Positions 46,677 to 60,629 are shown, counted from the first letter of the whole stretch. The stretch: DNA of 63,662 bases, filler included, from Olpidium bornovanus S191 (GCA_017911155.1; 32 parts of 32 records of this genome joined end to end with filler, not necessarily neighbours in it), one strand, 5' to 3'. Made by a program: numbers and translations. Notes: a model not told the origin generated them from the sequence alone.

Positions 46677-47648
46677 CTATTGTCCGGTACTTGTGGAAAT
46701 TCACGAGCCGCTGCGGCGGGAGCTTGTCTCCCGGGAAGTGGCTCGCCGGTCCCGCCGCGCGCCTGTTGCCGTCCTCGCCGTCCCCGACCCCGGCCCCGAA
46801 CCCGGAGGACGACGACGACGACGCCGCCGCGCGCGCGCGGGGCGCGTCGCCGGGGAAGCGCTGGGGGCGGTCGCCGCCGCCGCTGTCCGGCACGGGGTCA
46901 ATGTGGCCAGGCAGCTCCGCGTTGAAGACGAGGTCGGAGAGGTACAGCCCCAGGAAAGGGATGCACCCCAGGGTGGACGACGACGGCGGCGGCGGTGGCT
47001 GCGCTGAGGTCGACGAGGGGAAGTGCCAGTGATCCGCGGCCGCCGCGGGCGAGCCCTGCGAGTCCCGGCCGCCGCCGCCGCCGCCGCCGGGCCCGGGCGC
47101 GGCGGGGAACGGGTGCTGGTGGTGGCTGTGGTGGCGCGCGAAGTCGCCGTCGTCTTCCATGAGGAGCTGCAGCGGGTCCGACGACGCGGCCGCCGCGCTT
47201 CTCCTCGCCCGCGCGGCGGCCCGCTCGAGCGCGTCGGCGTCCGGGTTGTACCCGAGGCTGTCGCTGGCCTCGCGCATCGCCTCGCGGATGTTCTTCCAGT
47301 TCTTGAAAGGGGAAGTGAACTGCGATTAAAAAAAAAAAATTTAAAAAAAAGAACAAGTTAGAAAAAAAGAGCGCCTCAGACATCCGCAAGCCCACCGAGC
47401 GGACGGAATTAACAAAAAAAAAAAAAACCGAAATCCGGTACCCCGCACAACCCACTTCCTGCAGCTCCTGAAGAACGCGCATTTCGTGGCTTCCGACGCG
47501 CTCCCACGTTTCCCTCAGCCGCGAAACGGAGGGCGATTGCAGTCCCAGTACCAGCTGGGTGAGCGTGCTGAAATTCCGGTGGTAGTAGCATTTCTTGAAT
47601 CGTTTGGTGAGGCGGGAGAAGAGAGTGTGCGACAGAGAAAGAGAAAAC

Positions 47649-47690
<42 letters not shown>

Positions 47691-47880
47691 AAAAGGGGAC
47701 GCCAAAAAAAAAACTGAGGGCTCTAGTCGCGTGGACGCGGAAATTTCGCGAGGGAAAGGGGAAAGAGCGCCTCGCCTCTTCAGCTTTTACCAGCGCCACT
47801 CTGATGAACTTCTCCACCAGCCGCACTCGATCGTCCAGGTGCGTCGTGCTGATGATCTCGGACGTCACCCATTGGCACGT
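46677..47880 (-). CDS. RasGEF (CDC25-homology) catalytic domain, internal exons
   Basis: CQWVTSEII..DDRVRLVEKFIRVA | KKCYYHRNFSTLTQLVLGLQSPSVSRLRETW | FTSPFKNWKNIR..GCIPFLGLYLSDLVFNAE..LVNFHKYRTI. Confidence 0.9.
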
Positions 47881-48479
47881 CTTTTGCGCCAAAAAGAAAA
47901 AAAAAAATAAAAATAAAAAAACAGATAAAGAAGAAAAAAAAAACAAAAAAAGAAAAGAAAGAAAGAAAAAAACAAGCGCATCATTGGGCGTCAGTGCGAA
48001 GTTTGTCGTCCGCTGAGGTTTCCTGAGAACAAAAGCCGCACACAAACAAACNNNNNNNNNNNNNNNNNNNNNNNNNNNNNNNNNNNNNNNNNNNNTTAAT
48101 TAATTAANNNNNNNNNNNNNNNNNNNNNNNNNNNNNNNNNNNNNNNNNNNNCATGAACCGCACGCCCGAGGAAGGAACTCCACCCTCTCCTTTGCCCGCT
48201 CGCCCGCCGAAACACGGTGCCCCAAGCCGGGCACACGCGTGGCGAAACCTTACCTTTGCTGCTTTTCAGCGCCCGTCCGCGGCCGTGCGCTGCTCCTGCA
48301 ACGCCCGCGTTTCGTCGAAAGGAACCGGCCGAGCTCCGTCGCCGCCTTCTCCGTACTGAGTGGGGCTTGTGGCCGTCGTACCCGGCGTACCAGAAGCTTG
48401 GCCCCGCAGGCAAGCCGCCCACCCGGCGATCGAGAAAGGAGCCGTCCGGCAGCGGAAGGCGGAAAAGTGCGAAGCAGCC

Positions 48480-49136
48480 ATGAGTTCCGTGTATCCGTCT
48501 CACTTCAAGACCATCCCGAAGTGGGCGGGAGGGTACAAACAGGGCCAGCGGAAGGTTTACTTTCCGACGTTTCCCATGCGGCTGGTCCGCCCGAGTCCAA
48601 ACCAGCCGCGGGATGTCGCAATATTCCACGTCCCGCCGCGCGTCAACAAGCTCCATATAGCGGACTACCTCAAGAAGCTGTACGGCGTGAAGGTCAACTA
48701 TATCCGTACCGCCATCTACGTGGAGAGGTTACTTCGAAAAGAGGAGCTGGAATTTGAGCAAGTGCGCCTCCGGCACAAGTACCTGACGAGCTTCGCCGAG
48801 CACTACGCCGGGAGGGACGACATGTGGACGACGCGTTACGAGGACTGGATGGAGAAGAGCGACAATCGCCTCACCGCCGTCTTTCGCAGGTGGGTCAAGG
48901 TGCCCGCTTACAAGAAGGTGATTGTCAACCTCGCCGAGCCTTTTATGTTCCCGCCGAAGCCGGACCCGATGGCCTTCCCTCAGGCGAAGAGCAACATTGA
49001 GGAAGCGCTCGAGGAGTGGGACAAACGGAACCCCACCCTCGCCGCGTTGAGGATGAAGAAGGAACAGGCAGAGAAGGCGGAGAAGGCGGCCAACCCGGAG
49101 CCCGAGAGTAAAAACCGACCTGTTTACGTCGTGTAA
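48480..49136 (+). CDS. MRP20: Mitochondrial ribosomal protein uL23m, intronless, complete
   Basis: KVYFPTFPMRLVR..AIFHVPPRVNKLHIADYLKKLYGVKVNYIRT..YKKVIVNLAEPFMFPPKP. Confidence 0.88.
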   Translation: MSSVYPSHFKTIPKWAGGYKQGQRKVYFPTFPMRLVRPSPNQPRDVAIFHVPPRVNKLHIADYLKKLYGVKVNYIRTAIYVERLLRKEELEFEQVRLRHKYLTSFAEHYAGRDDMWTTRYEDWMEKSDNRLTAVFRRWVKVPAYKKVIVNLAEPFMFPPKPDPMAFPQAKSNIEEALEEWDKRNPTLAALRMKKEQAEKAEKAANPEPESKNRPVYVV

Positions 49137-50805
49137 TAATAAAAAGAGGCCGGAAAAGATCAAATGAAAGAGCGCAGAGCCCGTGTTAGGGGCAAAGCTC
49201 GGGATGAGAAGCACCTCTTGGCACTTTCCCTTTATAAGATGGTATTCCTCACCACCTTTGCATCCCTGTGACCCGCGTCATGTCATCGATCAGCCAATAA
49301 TTATCGTGAATTGGCTTACGTGCGGTAGATCGCTCGGAATGCGACTGGTTCACAACAAATCCGCGTTCGAGTGCTGGGAGGCCAGCACCTACCCGGGATT
49401 GTCGGGAAAATTTTGCATTCCTTAGCCTACCCCGACAGCATGACTTACGGATGCATATATATAAGCCAAATTCGCATGACCCAGTAGCCTGGACGAAGGG
49501 AAGGGAGGAGGACGTGGAGAGAACGGGCCCGATCTCATCGCTCGCCCGTTAAACGGCCCCCTGTAGAGCCTCTAATTTCGGCACGCTGTCCCAGTCTGGA
49601 ACGAGAACGAGCTCAGGGACAGCGCAAAGGCACGCGTACGATCTCCCCAGAGCCAAGCCCTGAGGGGAATTCATCGATGAATCCTGCAACAAATCTTTCA
49701 GAGATTTTTGCAGCAAATCCTGCGCTACAAACTTGCTTCAATCCCCGCAAAGAATCTCGCTCCTCCCCTACAAATTCTGGCGTTCTGGATTGGTAGCATT
49801 TAAATTATTGAGTTTTAGTGCATATTCCAAAAGTTACATGCCAAACGTAAGTGAAAATTTGTATCAATGGCCGGGTTAAAGGATATCTGGGTACTGTTGC
49901 AGATGAAGCACAGAACCAAGAAGCAACGTACGAGACAAACAATGGAGGGGAGAAACAAAGTCTTTTTTCCCTTTGCTTTGCCTATCTGCGTCTGCGAAGG
50001 AGGGCGGAGCTACGTGCGCAGCGGCTTTCCAAGGCAAGGGGCAGTCCACGTAGCCGCAGAGCGCTTACTACAGTAGTTACAACAGGTATTTCTATCTTAG
50101 CCCAAAGATGACTGTCATAGTCCAATCTGGGCCCGTATGGCTGTCTGGTACTATGTAACAAAATCGAAGCTGTGATGCAAGAAGCTTCCGCAAATATGCG
50201 CCCGGAGGTCATCTTCGCATCCTACTTTCCGAATAAGCCCTCGCGTTATCTTTTTTCACTTTTGAGTTTCGATCCAGCCCACATGNNNNNNNNNNNNNNN
50301 NNNNNNNNNNNNNNNNNNNNNNNNNNNNNTTAATTAATTAANNNNNNNNNNNNNNNNNNNNNNNNNNNNNNNNNNNNNNNNNNNNAGCATGCGCAAGCTT
50401 GAGAAAGAGGAAGACGGAGCGAGGGATTGGTTGTCGGTCGAAATCCAAGGCAAATGGCGGAGGCGGCAGCGCGCACCGGACAAAAGCAGATGGCAGTCCG
50501 AACGGCGAGATATGCGGCAGTGCGGGGCCCAGGTCGACGACGTTGACGGCGCTTTTGGGCTGCGGGCGGGCGTCAACGGCTGGGTCGGAATCTCCAGCGG
50601 TTTGATTTGTACGCCAAGAAGGGGTGGGAAGTTGCCCCCTCTCCCGCGGCATTGGTCACGTGGTTCCCTAGGGGCACTTGGGAATTCTGTGGCGGCGCCC
50701 CTCGAAAATTTTCGCCCGGACTTTCTTTTAGTGCCGGTTCCGGAGGGTGAAGAAAAGAAGATTTTTGGTGACGGGGCGCGCCTCGCCTGCGGAGCGGAAG
50801 CAAGG

Positions 50806-51991
<1,186 letters not shown>

Positions 51992-53690
51992 NNNNNNNNN
52001 NNNNNNNNNNNNNNNNNNNNNNNNNNNNNNNNNNNTTAATTAATTAANNNNNNNNNNNNNNNNNNNNNNNNNNNNNNNNNNNNNNNNNNNNCATGGTGAG
52101 CCTCAGCGCGCCGTTCTCGTCATATATCTGATCGGGAAGGTTTATTCCGCGTCGGCTCGTTTTTCGGCGAAAACGCGGCCTGAAACAGGTTCTTTTTCTC
52201 TTCCCCGCAGTGACCAAGGAGTTGGTGCGGCGGCGGCTGCTGTACCTAACGTCGTATCAAACTGCGGTCAGTTCTTAGATTTTTTTGGGGGGGGGTGTCG
52301 AACGTCGCAGCCGACAATTTTTCTTCTTTTCGCGTCCCGAATCGTGTGTACGGTTGTGACGGGGCATCGCTCATCTAGGCGTCGCCGTCAAGAGCCACGC
52401 TGCAGAGGGTAAACGTCTACTTTATGGGCGCCCGCAGCTGAGAGAGGACCGCAACGCTTCCGCCCAGGGGCGCGCGCAAATAGTCCTGCGCTCGCCGAGG
52501 TGAGTCTGCACCCGATCTCTCGCTTTGAGGTCGGGGCGGGACTCGGCAAGTAAATTCCTCCGAAACGGGGGGGGGAGGCTCCTTTCGCGCCTTGCGCGCC
52601 GCGTGCGCGGAAGAATCGCCCCGCCGCCGGTCCGGGCGAAAAATCGCGCTGCCCGGCGAGGAAGGAGGGAGGAGCAGGAGCTTAAAGTAGAGCCCGGCCG
52701 AGGCGGGCTCTGCGGATTCGCGACGGAAAGCAACAGACACACCCTCCTCCGCGCCTTTTTTTATTTTGTCGTCGATCAGCCCCGGGAAGGTGTGGGTCGG
52801 CGGGGGGGGGGGGGGGGGGGGAAGGCCGGGGGGTTTCGGGACGTCGTCGAAAAAAAGCCATCGAGGAACGAGGGACAAAAAGGGACGGACGGCCTCGAGG
52901 CCAAAAAATAAAAAGAAAATAAAAAAATAGAAAGGACGGGCGGGCGAAACCGCAGATAGCGACGGCCTTTTGAACGAACGACAGACGGGAATCTCAGCTT
53001 TTTATTTTATTTTTTTGTTTTTTTTGCTTCTTTGCTTTTTTTTGCGTTTTTGTTTTGTTTTTTTGCTTTTTATTGTTTTTTGTTTTATTTTTTGGTTTTT
53101 TTTTTTCAGGCCGAAGGTTTCTCAGCAAAGTGTTCGAAAGAATTTTGGAGCCGTCTTTTTTTTTCCCTCGAAGTCGGAAAATCTGACAAAAGGCGGGACT
53201 GGAGGGGGGGGGGATAGAAAGATGAGAGGATTTTTTTTCCGGGTTCTTTTTGAATCTGCAACTGCCTAAAAAAAAAAAAAAAAAAAAAAAGAGGTAGACG
53301 AAAGGCGCGACCCCTCAACCTCCCTCCTTCTCCTCCTCCTCTTTCTCCTCCTCCTTTCACCTCAAAGCCCGACCCTTCCGAGGGCGGGGTGCCGGGGCCG
53401 TTTTTTTTTTTTTAAAAAAAAAAAAACAAAAAAAAAAAGAAAAAGGCGCGCCCTGCCGCACGGTGGAAGGTTGCAGGCGAAAAGCCGTTCTTCCGGGCGG
53501 CTTCTTTCGTCCGTTGCCCGGGGGTGGGTGGGTGCGGGTGTGGGGGAAGGGGCGAAGGGGAAAGTTCGCGTGGTGATGTGCTTGCCGTGTTCTCGTCACG
53601 GGAGTTTTGCGGAATTGAGAGAGAACCACGCTTGCGCGGAGCATACGTGCCGGGAGGAAGATCTCTTTTTTTTCCTTATTTTTTTCTTTT

Positions 53691-53721
<31 letters not shown>

Positions 53722-53926
53722 CTTTTTTTTCGGCGGGCCGGGCCCGGGGGTTTTAATGGCGGGCCCTGGGGGCAACCCCCCCGACCGGCCACCCGCGCCC
53801 CCCCCAAAAGCGGGGGGCGGGGCCCGNNNNNNNNNNNNNNNNNNNNNNNNNNNNNNNNNNNNNNNNNNNNTTAATTAATTAANNNNNNNNNNNNNNNNNN
53901 NNNNNNNNNNNNNNNNNNNNNNNNNN

Positions 53927-55433
53927 CATGGTAAGACCCCGCCCCAGTGAGGAAGTATAATTACAAAGAGATCCCGGAACTGAAACCTGGGCGCCGGCAA
54001 CATCCCAACTGATCTGTTTCTGCAAATTCCTTCTTTTTTTTGGAATTGACCAGATGGAAATAGATCTTTTGAAAAAGCTCAAGGTGAACGGAGAGCAAAC
54101 GCTTCTGTCTCGCCCGTCCCCCCTCATTTCCAGTGCCTGTCACTTTTATTTTTTCTTTATCTTTTTCTTTTTTCTTTCTTTTTTCTTTTTTTTTCCCTCC
54201 TTTTTTCCTTTTTTTTTTTTTTTTTTTGGCTGACCGCCCAATTATTCCAGCATCCAAACATAGTCAAGTACAACGGTTTCGTAAAGACGAAGGACCACCT
54301 GAATATTATTCTTGAGTACGCAATTTTGTTATCGCGCTGAAATTCCAGCAAATGCCCATACCCCACCTCCCCCTCTTTTCCCAAACCCCCTCCCCTCCAT
54401 CCCCGTGACGAGGCGACACGTATTACCGAACTTCGTGCGACATTTGACCCGCGTGTGTTCGGCTCGCCGGCGCGCCCACACAGGTACTGCGAAAACGGGT
54501 CGCTGACATCGATTGTCAAGAAGTTCGGCAAGTTTCCGGAAAATCTGGTCGCCGTGTACATCGTGCAGGTGCTCGAGGGGCTGCGCTACTTGCACGAGCA
54601 GGGCGTGATCCACAGGGACATCAAAGGCGCGAACATCCTCACGACGAAAGAAGGGCTTGTAAAGCTGGCCGACTTCGGCGTCGCGACCCGCGGGCCGACG
54701 GCCGACGCCACCGGAGACGGCGGAGCGACCGAAGTCGCCGGCAGCCCGTATTGGAGTGCGTAACAACTTTGACTGCGAGCGGCGGGGGATTATGTAGGGG
54801 TTAAAGGGGGGGGGGAAGGGGCTAATTCTGCTCGTCGCCAAGGGCGGCTCGTCCGAGTGTAATAGCTCCTCCCTTCTTCTCTCTACCGGCTGCCCCTGAC
54901 AAAACTCTCTTTTTGTGGCTCCGCGCAGTGGCTCCTGAGATAATCGAGCTTTCAGGTGCCACGACCGCATCAGATGTATGGTAATACATCATGGTTCGCT
55001 CGGGATCCCTTCGGTCGGCTGCTTACTTTCCTAACGTGACGCCCCAAACGGGGAAAATGTAGGAGCGTGGGATGCACTGTGATCGAGCTCTTCCAAGGAG
55101 TGCCTCCCTACCATGACCTGGCGCCGATGCCGGCGTTGTTCCGAATCGTGCAAGACGACCACCCGCCGATACCAGAAGGCGCCAGTTCGGTGAGGAAGAC
55201 GACCGGAGATTTTTGCGCGCGCGAGCGCAATTTTTTTTTTGTCTCTGAATTGAAAGAAAAATGCTCCGGCTAACTCCAGTTTTTTTTTTGTGTGCGGGCC
55301 CAACCCCCGCCGCCCTTAGACACTAAAAGATTTTTTGATGCAGTGTTTCCAGAAAGATTGCAATTTGCGAGTGTCGGCGAAGAAACTTCTGAAGCATCCG
55401 TGGATTCAAAATGCGCGGAGGAGAGCGGACACG
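53927..55433 (+). CDS. sepH: STE-group kinase of the SepH / S. pombe Cdc7 / Cdc15 type, kinase-domain exons
   Basis: [10 protein letters not shown]|[22 protein letters not shown]|[67 protein letters not shown]|[65 protein letters not shown]. Confidence 0.92.
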
Positions 55434-55474
55434 GTGAGTTGCGCAAACAGGCGCTCGGGACAGCGTCCCCGCCG

Positions 55475-55507
<33 letters not shown>

Positions 55508-55666
55508 GGGGGCCGGCGGGAGCGCCGCCTTTATCTTCGGGCGCGGGCGACGCCTGCCGGCCTCCGNNNNNNNNNNNNNNNNNNNNNNNNNNNNNNNNNN
55601 NNNNNNNNNNTTAATTAATTAANNNNNNNNNNNNNNNNNNNNNNNNNNNNNNNNNNNNNNNNNNNN

Positions 55667-57233
55667 CCACCGGGCGGTGACGATGTCGAAGACTTTTGTT
55701 CCGAAGACTATCCGGGATGCACTAGAGCCCATCAAGGACGATGACCAGGCCGTCAAAGACTACGGCATTCGACTGGCCGTCGACATGATCGAGAAAATGC
55801 AGGCGGGCGGCATCTCCAACTTCCATTTCTACACGTTCAACCTAGAACGTTCCACCCGGCTCATCCTCGAAGGGCTTAACTTCGTCCCGACGCGGGAGCT
55901 CGTCAAGCCGCTGCCGTGGATCGCCTCGCTGACCAAGAAGCGCGAGAAGGAGAACGTGCGGCCAATATTTTGGAAGAACCGCGCCAAGAGCTACGTGCTC
56001 CGCACCGAGACCTGGGACGATTTTCCGAACGGCCGTTGGGGGGATTCTCGGTCTCCCGGTGAGGGACACGGATTCAGTTGTTTTTTTTTTACCTGTCCGT
56101 CATTCCTTCCACGTCGCCAGACGCCAGCTCACAATCTATTTCCCGTCCACAGCCTTCGGCGAGCTCGATGGATACGGAGTGTCCATCAAGTACAGCGTCA
56201 GTGCTTCCGGCCGTGATCTGCGATGATGCCGGTGCTCAACGGCTTCCTCGCTGACTTTTTTCCTGTCGATTTTTACCGGGTGCCCCCGAATTACAGACCG
56301 AAGACGCGCTCAAGATGTGGAAGTACCCGACTTCCGTAGATGATATCTGTCGCTTGTTCGCGGACTTCTGCTGCGGGCGGCTTAGCGGCCTGCCGTGGTA
56401 CGATCAGCCCCTGAACCCGGAGACCGACGTAATTCGGCAGCAGCTGGCCACCGTCAATCTCGGCGGCTACCTCACGATCAACAGTCAGCCGGCGGTGAAC
56501 GGCGTCCCGAGCGACGACAAGGTCTTCGGCTGGGGGCCCAAGAACGGCTACGTATACCAGAAGGTAGCAAGGTGTTCGCGGCCGCCTGCGCGGCAGCTGA
56601 TTTTCGACGGCTTTCGCACTAATTCCGCATGACCCCGCGGACGTACATTTTCAGGCGTATCTCGAATTTTTCGTGTCGGCCGAGGAACTGGAGCGACTCC
56701 TCGATACCATCTCGGGCGATCCCATGATCACTTACCATGCGGTTAACCGGCAAGGCGACTTCCGCACGAACGCCTTGTCCGACCGGCCGAACGCCGTCAC
56801 CTGGGGGGTGTTCCCAGGTAAGGAGATCCAGCAGCCGACGATCGTCGAAGCCATCAGTTTCATGGCGTGGAAGGTGAGCACGCTCCCCTTGTTGCTTTTT
56901 TCGACAGCGAAGCGCCGCAGGCTCTCCGCCGGACGCGCGCGCGGGCCGGGAGAGCTGAAAGTATTTTTTTTTTCTTCCCCGCGCCGCTCCGCGCGTCGCA
57001 AGGACGAAGCCTTCGAGTTGTGGGCGCAGTGGGCCAAGATCTACAACCGCGGCAGCCCCTCGGCCGAGCTGATCGAATCGATCGCCGACAGCTGGTTCTT
57101 GGTCAACGTCGTTCACAACGACTTCCAAAAGCCGCAGGCTATTTTCGACATCTTCGAAACCCTGGTGCTGCCCACCCGCGACGCCAACGGCGACATCGTA
57201 GACGCGGCGAGCTGCCGGGCTGCGTCGCGTTGA
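55667..57233 (+). CDS. MET13: Methylenetetrahydrofolate reductase, C-terminal half
   Basis: IKDDDQAVKDYG, HFYTFNLE, REKENVRPIFWKNRAKSYVLRTETWDDFPNGRWGDSRSP, TINSQPAVNG..FGWGPKNGYVYQK|AYLEFF, NAVTWGVFPGKEIQQPTIVE..SF.AWK|DEAFELW, WFLVNVVHNDF. Confidence 0.96.
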
Positions 57234-58298
57234 GGTTTTGTTTCGGAGCCCGGACGGGGTCGAGTATATTGTGAGTCGGCCGCTTGGAGGGTTCATCTTT
57301 TGAGAGGCGGACCGCGTGCGCACGAGGCGACGAGTTTTCTGACGCCTCCCATTCTACCCGCGCGCTCCCCCCCCTTTTTTTTTTTTTTCCTTCCGCATCT
57401 GCCTCTCCTGCTCGCCTCACCCTTTGCGGGAAGGCGTTTGCCGCGAGCAGTTTCCCTATATTAACTGTAGACTGCTGCCGCCCCGACGAAAATTTTTTTT
57501 TTTTTGCGTGTGTGTGCGTGTGTGCGTGCGTGTGTGTGTGTGTGACGTCGGCGTACTTTTTTTTTTTCGTCGGTGCTCGAGGCTAAAGGACGGACGGACC
57601 GAAGCAGAGAACAGAGAAGCGCAACTCAGCCGTTCTCTTGTTAGTTTTGGAATTTGGGGGGAAGGGGGGAGGGATGGATTGCCTGGTTTACCGCTGATCC
57701 GGACCTGGAACCGCAATGCGGGACGGGGCGGGGTGAACGGAGTGGTTGAGACGGGGTCGAAACGGCGAAACAGGGTCGTTGTGCGACGGAGCCCGGCAAG
57801 GTACAAACGAAAACAGCTTGTGCAGGCGATCTCGTCCCTATTCGTCCCACCGCGTGGAGTCTGTCACTGCCGCGGTCGTACCGGACGCCGCGCCCTGACG
57901 CTGCCGCGAAGAGGAACGCCGTGTTTCGGGCCGTCCCTGCCCACTCAGCGATAAGTTCCTCCCGGATCATCGCCGGGAAACGGGGGGAGGTGGTGGGGAG
58001 GGGGGAAGGGAGAGAGGGGGGAGCGAGGGGTGAGGTGGGCGTGGCGTCCCCGCAAGCCGCAAACCTGCACGGCGTTTGCCCGCGGGCCTGCAGGAGGCGC
58101 CCGCCCCCCCCGGCCCCCCTTCCCGGCCGAAAGGGAAAAGTTTGAGGGTCAGGTTTCGGCCCGAGGGGATGGGCGGGGGGGGGGGGGGGGGAAGCGCGNN
58201 NNNNNNNNNNNNNNNNNNNNNNNNNNNNNNNNNNNNNNNNNNTTAATTAATTAANNNNNNNNNNNNNNNNNNNNNNNNNNNNNNNNNNNNNNNNNNNN

Positions 58299-58342
<44 letters not shown>

Positions 58343-58351
58343 CCGACGTAC

Positions 58352-59013
58352 CGTCGACGATCACGGCCGTGGAGTCCGCGGCAAAGAAGCCGGCTTTTCC
58401 GAGTATTCCCGACGCAAACGCCGGGTGAGAGCTGCCAGCGTCCGTTCCGTCGCCCTTCGCGCGGCCGACGTTTGCAAAGGAGCGGACGGCCCAGGTGTCT
58501 GGCGTGCGGCGAGGCCGAAAAAAAAAACAAAACCCCCACGCGAGGCGGACGGGCGGACGCCGTTTCGGTATGGCGGGGCGTTCGGGCGGCCCCGGCGAGT
58601 CGCCGCGGCTCGGGAGAAACAACAACAGCAACCCAAACGCTGACCAGGGAAAACGCCGTCCGGATTGCCTCCGGCCTCCAACCAGGCGGCATAAGCCGTT
58701 CTGATGTGCTCGATGTACAGGTCGGAGTGCACCGCCCTGATCGGCTCCAAGCCGTGGTCGGACGGCTCCACCAAGCGCCCCAGGCCGCGCCGCCTGAACT
58801 CGTCCAGGATCCTCGCCAGACGCGACGTCTGCAGGGAGAAAAGCGGCGGCCAGGTTCAGAAGCCCGGGGAGGGAAGCGGGAGCGCAGGACGGCGGGGCTC
58901 AGCAACGCAGGCGGGGAGGGGGGTACCGTTTCCCTGTAGGGCGCGAGCCTGCCGCGCTCAAACTCGGCGGCGGGGGCGTGGCGGGCGTGGTTGCCGGAGT
59001 AGACGATGATCAT
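58352..59013 (-). CDS. Acetylpolyamine amidohydrolase-like histone-deacetylase-family protein, 3'-partial, with introns
   Basis: MIIVYSGNHARHAPAAEFERGRLAPYRET|TSRLARILDEF..LVEPSDHGLEPIRAVHSDLYIEHIRTAYAAW..|..GILGKAGFFAADSTAVIVDG; GT-AG intron at 58829-58926. Confidence 0.78.
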
Positions 59014-59482
59014 GAGGAGGTGTGTCGGGCTTGGCTTTCCTGCGTGTCTGTCTCTGTCTCTTCCGTCTCTCTGTCTTCTTCTTCTTCTTCTTCTTCGTCT
59101 TCTTTCCGGCCCGTCCCCGCTCCCCTCTCTCTGCCCCGCCCGCGCCAGACGGTCCCCCGCCTCCCGCCTCCTCTGCTGGCTGGCTGGCTGGCTGGCTGCT
59201 GCCAAGCAACCGGGCGTGTGGGTTTTTTTTTTTTTTTTTTTTGAAACAGGAGCAGATCAGTATGCAACTCTAGACGTTGGACTCGGCAGCACTAAGCGCA
59301 CCTTAGAAGCCTTAGTGGCCCCTGTCAAGTCCGACCTCCTGTTAGAGCTACGCTGGCTGCGCCAGGAAAACCCAATAATAGANNNNNNNNNNNNNNNNNN
59401 NNNNNNNNNNNNNNNNNNNNNNNNNNTTAATTAATTAANNNNNNNNNNNNNNNNNNNNNNNNNNNNNNNNNNNNNNNNNNNN

Positions 59483-59595
59483 ACAAGAAAAATTACAACA
59501 ACGCCGCCAAGAAGAACAACAAGAAAAACGCGAATGTCAAGAATTACGGCAAGGGAAAGGGAAAGGGAAAGGGAAAGAACTACGGTTACTGGTAG
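59483..59595 (+). CDS. C-terminal fragment of an Asn/Lys/Gly-rich low-complexity peptide
   Basis: KKNYNNAAKKNNKKNANVKNYGKGKGKGKGKNYGYW* with coding-like codon regularity from the contig edge. Confidence 0.5.
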
Positions 59596-60629
59596 AAGCA
59601 CTTGCCACGAGGTTATTTTATCTACAGACGCTCGGTATGAAGATAGGCTGCCTTAGGCGGTTATTAAATCGTGACTATTCTTTGGCTCGGCAAAAACTCG
59701 GCGTCCCGATTTTCTGTTTGAAATGGCCGACGGGTCGAACCATTCAAGATGAGTAGATACGAGGGGGAACCCAGCCAAAGGCGGTCATTGCCGGTATTTA
59801 CCGCATCAACCGGCCATTCCGGCGGCGCTGAAGTAACGGCTTATTTGAAACGTTCAGCGTCGGAACGTGGCACCACACCTGCCCGTGCTGTCCCCCTTCC
59901 GCTTCCTGGCTTCGAAAAACCACGCCGCAACGCCTCCGAATAGGACGTTTGCCGTTCGCTGCGCGCCTCTTCTTCTGCATCCTCCACTCTTTGTTTTTCC
60001 TCTCCCTTCTAACAGGTGAATCGAAGGAGGGGGGTTGGGGGGGAAGGGAGTCGCGTCAGCGAGGATCTGGCTCGTTTGGCTAAAAAGTCGTTTCTACGCC
60101 CTCTATGGCCACTTGCAACGCCGCTCGCACCCGCAGCCCTTTCCCGCCCGTCTCAATTCCGACCCAGAGTCTACTGATTTTATCCCCCACCGGATCCAGC
60201 TCCCTGAGAATGCAACGGATGCCGGTAGCTGGTTGCTAGGCCTCAGTTCTCCAATGACGCCGTTGGACCGTCTCTGGCATCCGTCTGCAAGAGTGTTCGT
60301 GCATCCGTCATCGTTATCGAGCCCTCTCCCTTCTTTACCAGTACGCCTTAAATTTTGTTTTCTCCAATCTAAAGGTTACGCGTTTTGCGCGCCGCAACGC
60401 ACAACTCACCAACTATTAGATATTATTCCATTACTATTACCTTAACCTATGTAATTTAATATCATATAGTAGGTTAGTTTTTCGTACGAGTAATGCCAAA
60501 TCTTACTTACCATTATTGTATACATTAAGTATAATTACCAACTTTAGTATTTATATATACTAATAATAAGCTAGTAAATAGTATTCTATTAGTACTTACT
60601 TAATCGCTTATCTGTAGAGCAGGACACCA

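Noticed and set aside
49400-49437. 38-bp segment with TGTCGGG..CCCGACA inverted ends
   Set aside because: No target-site duplication and no second copy in the window; may be chance.
60211-60289. Imperfect 13-14-bp inverted repeat (tgcaacggatgcc / ggcatccgtctgca)
   Set aside because: A single short stem with a ~50-nt loop; no RNA family or TIR context recognisable.
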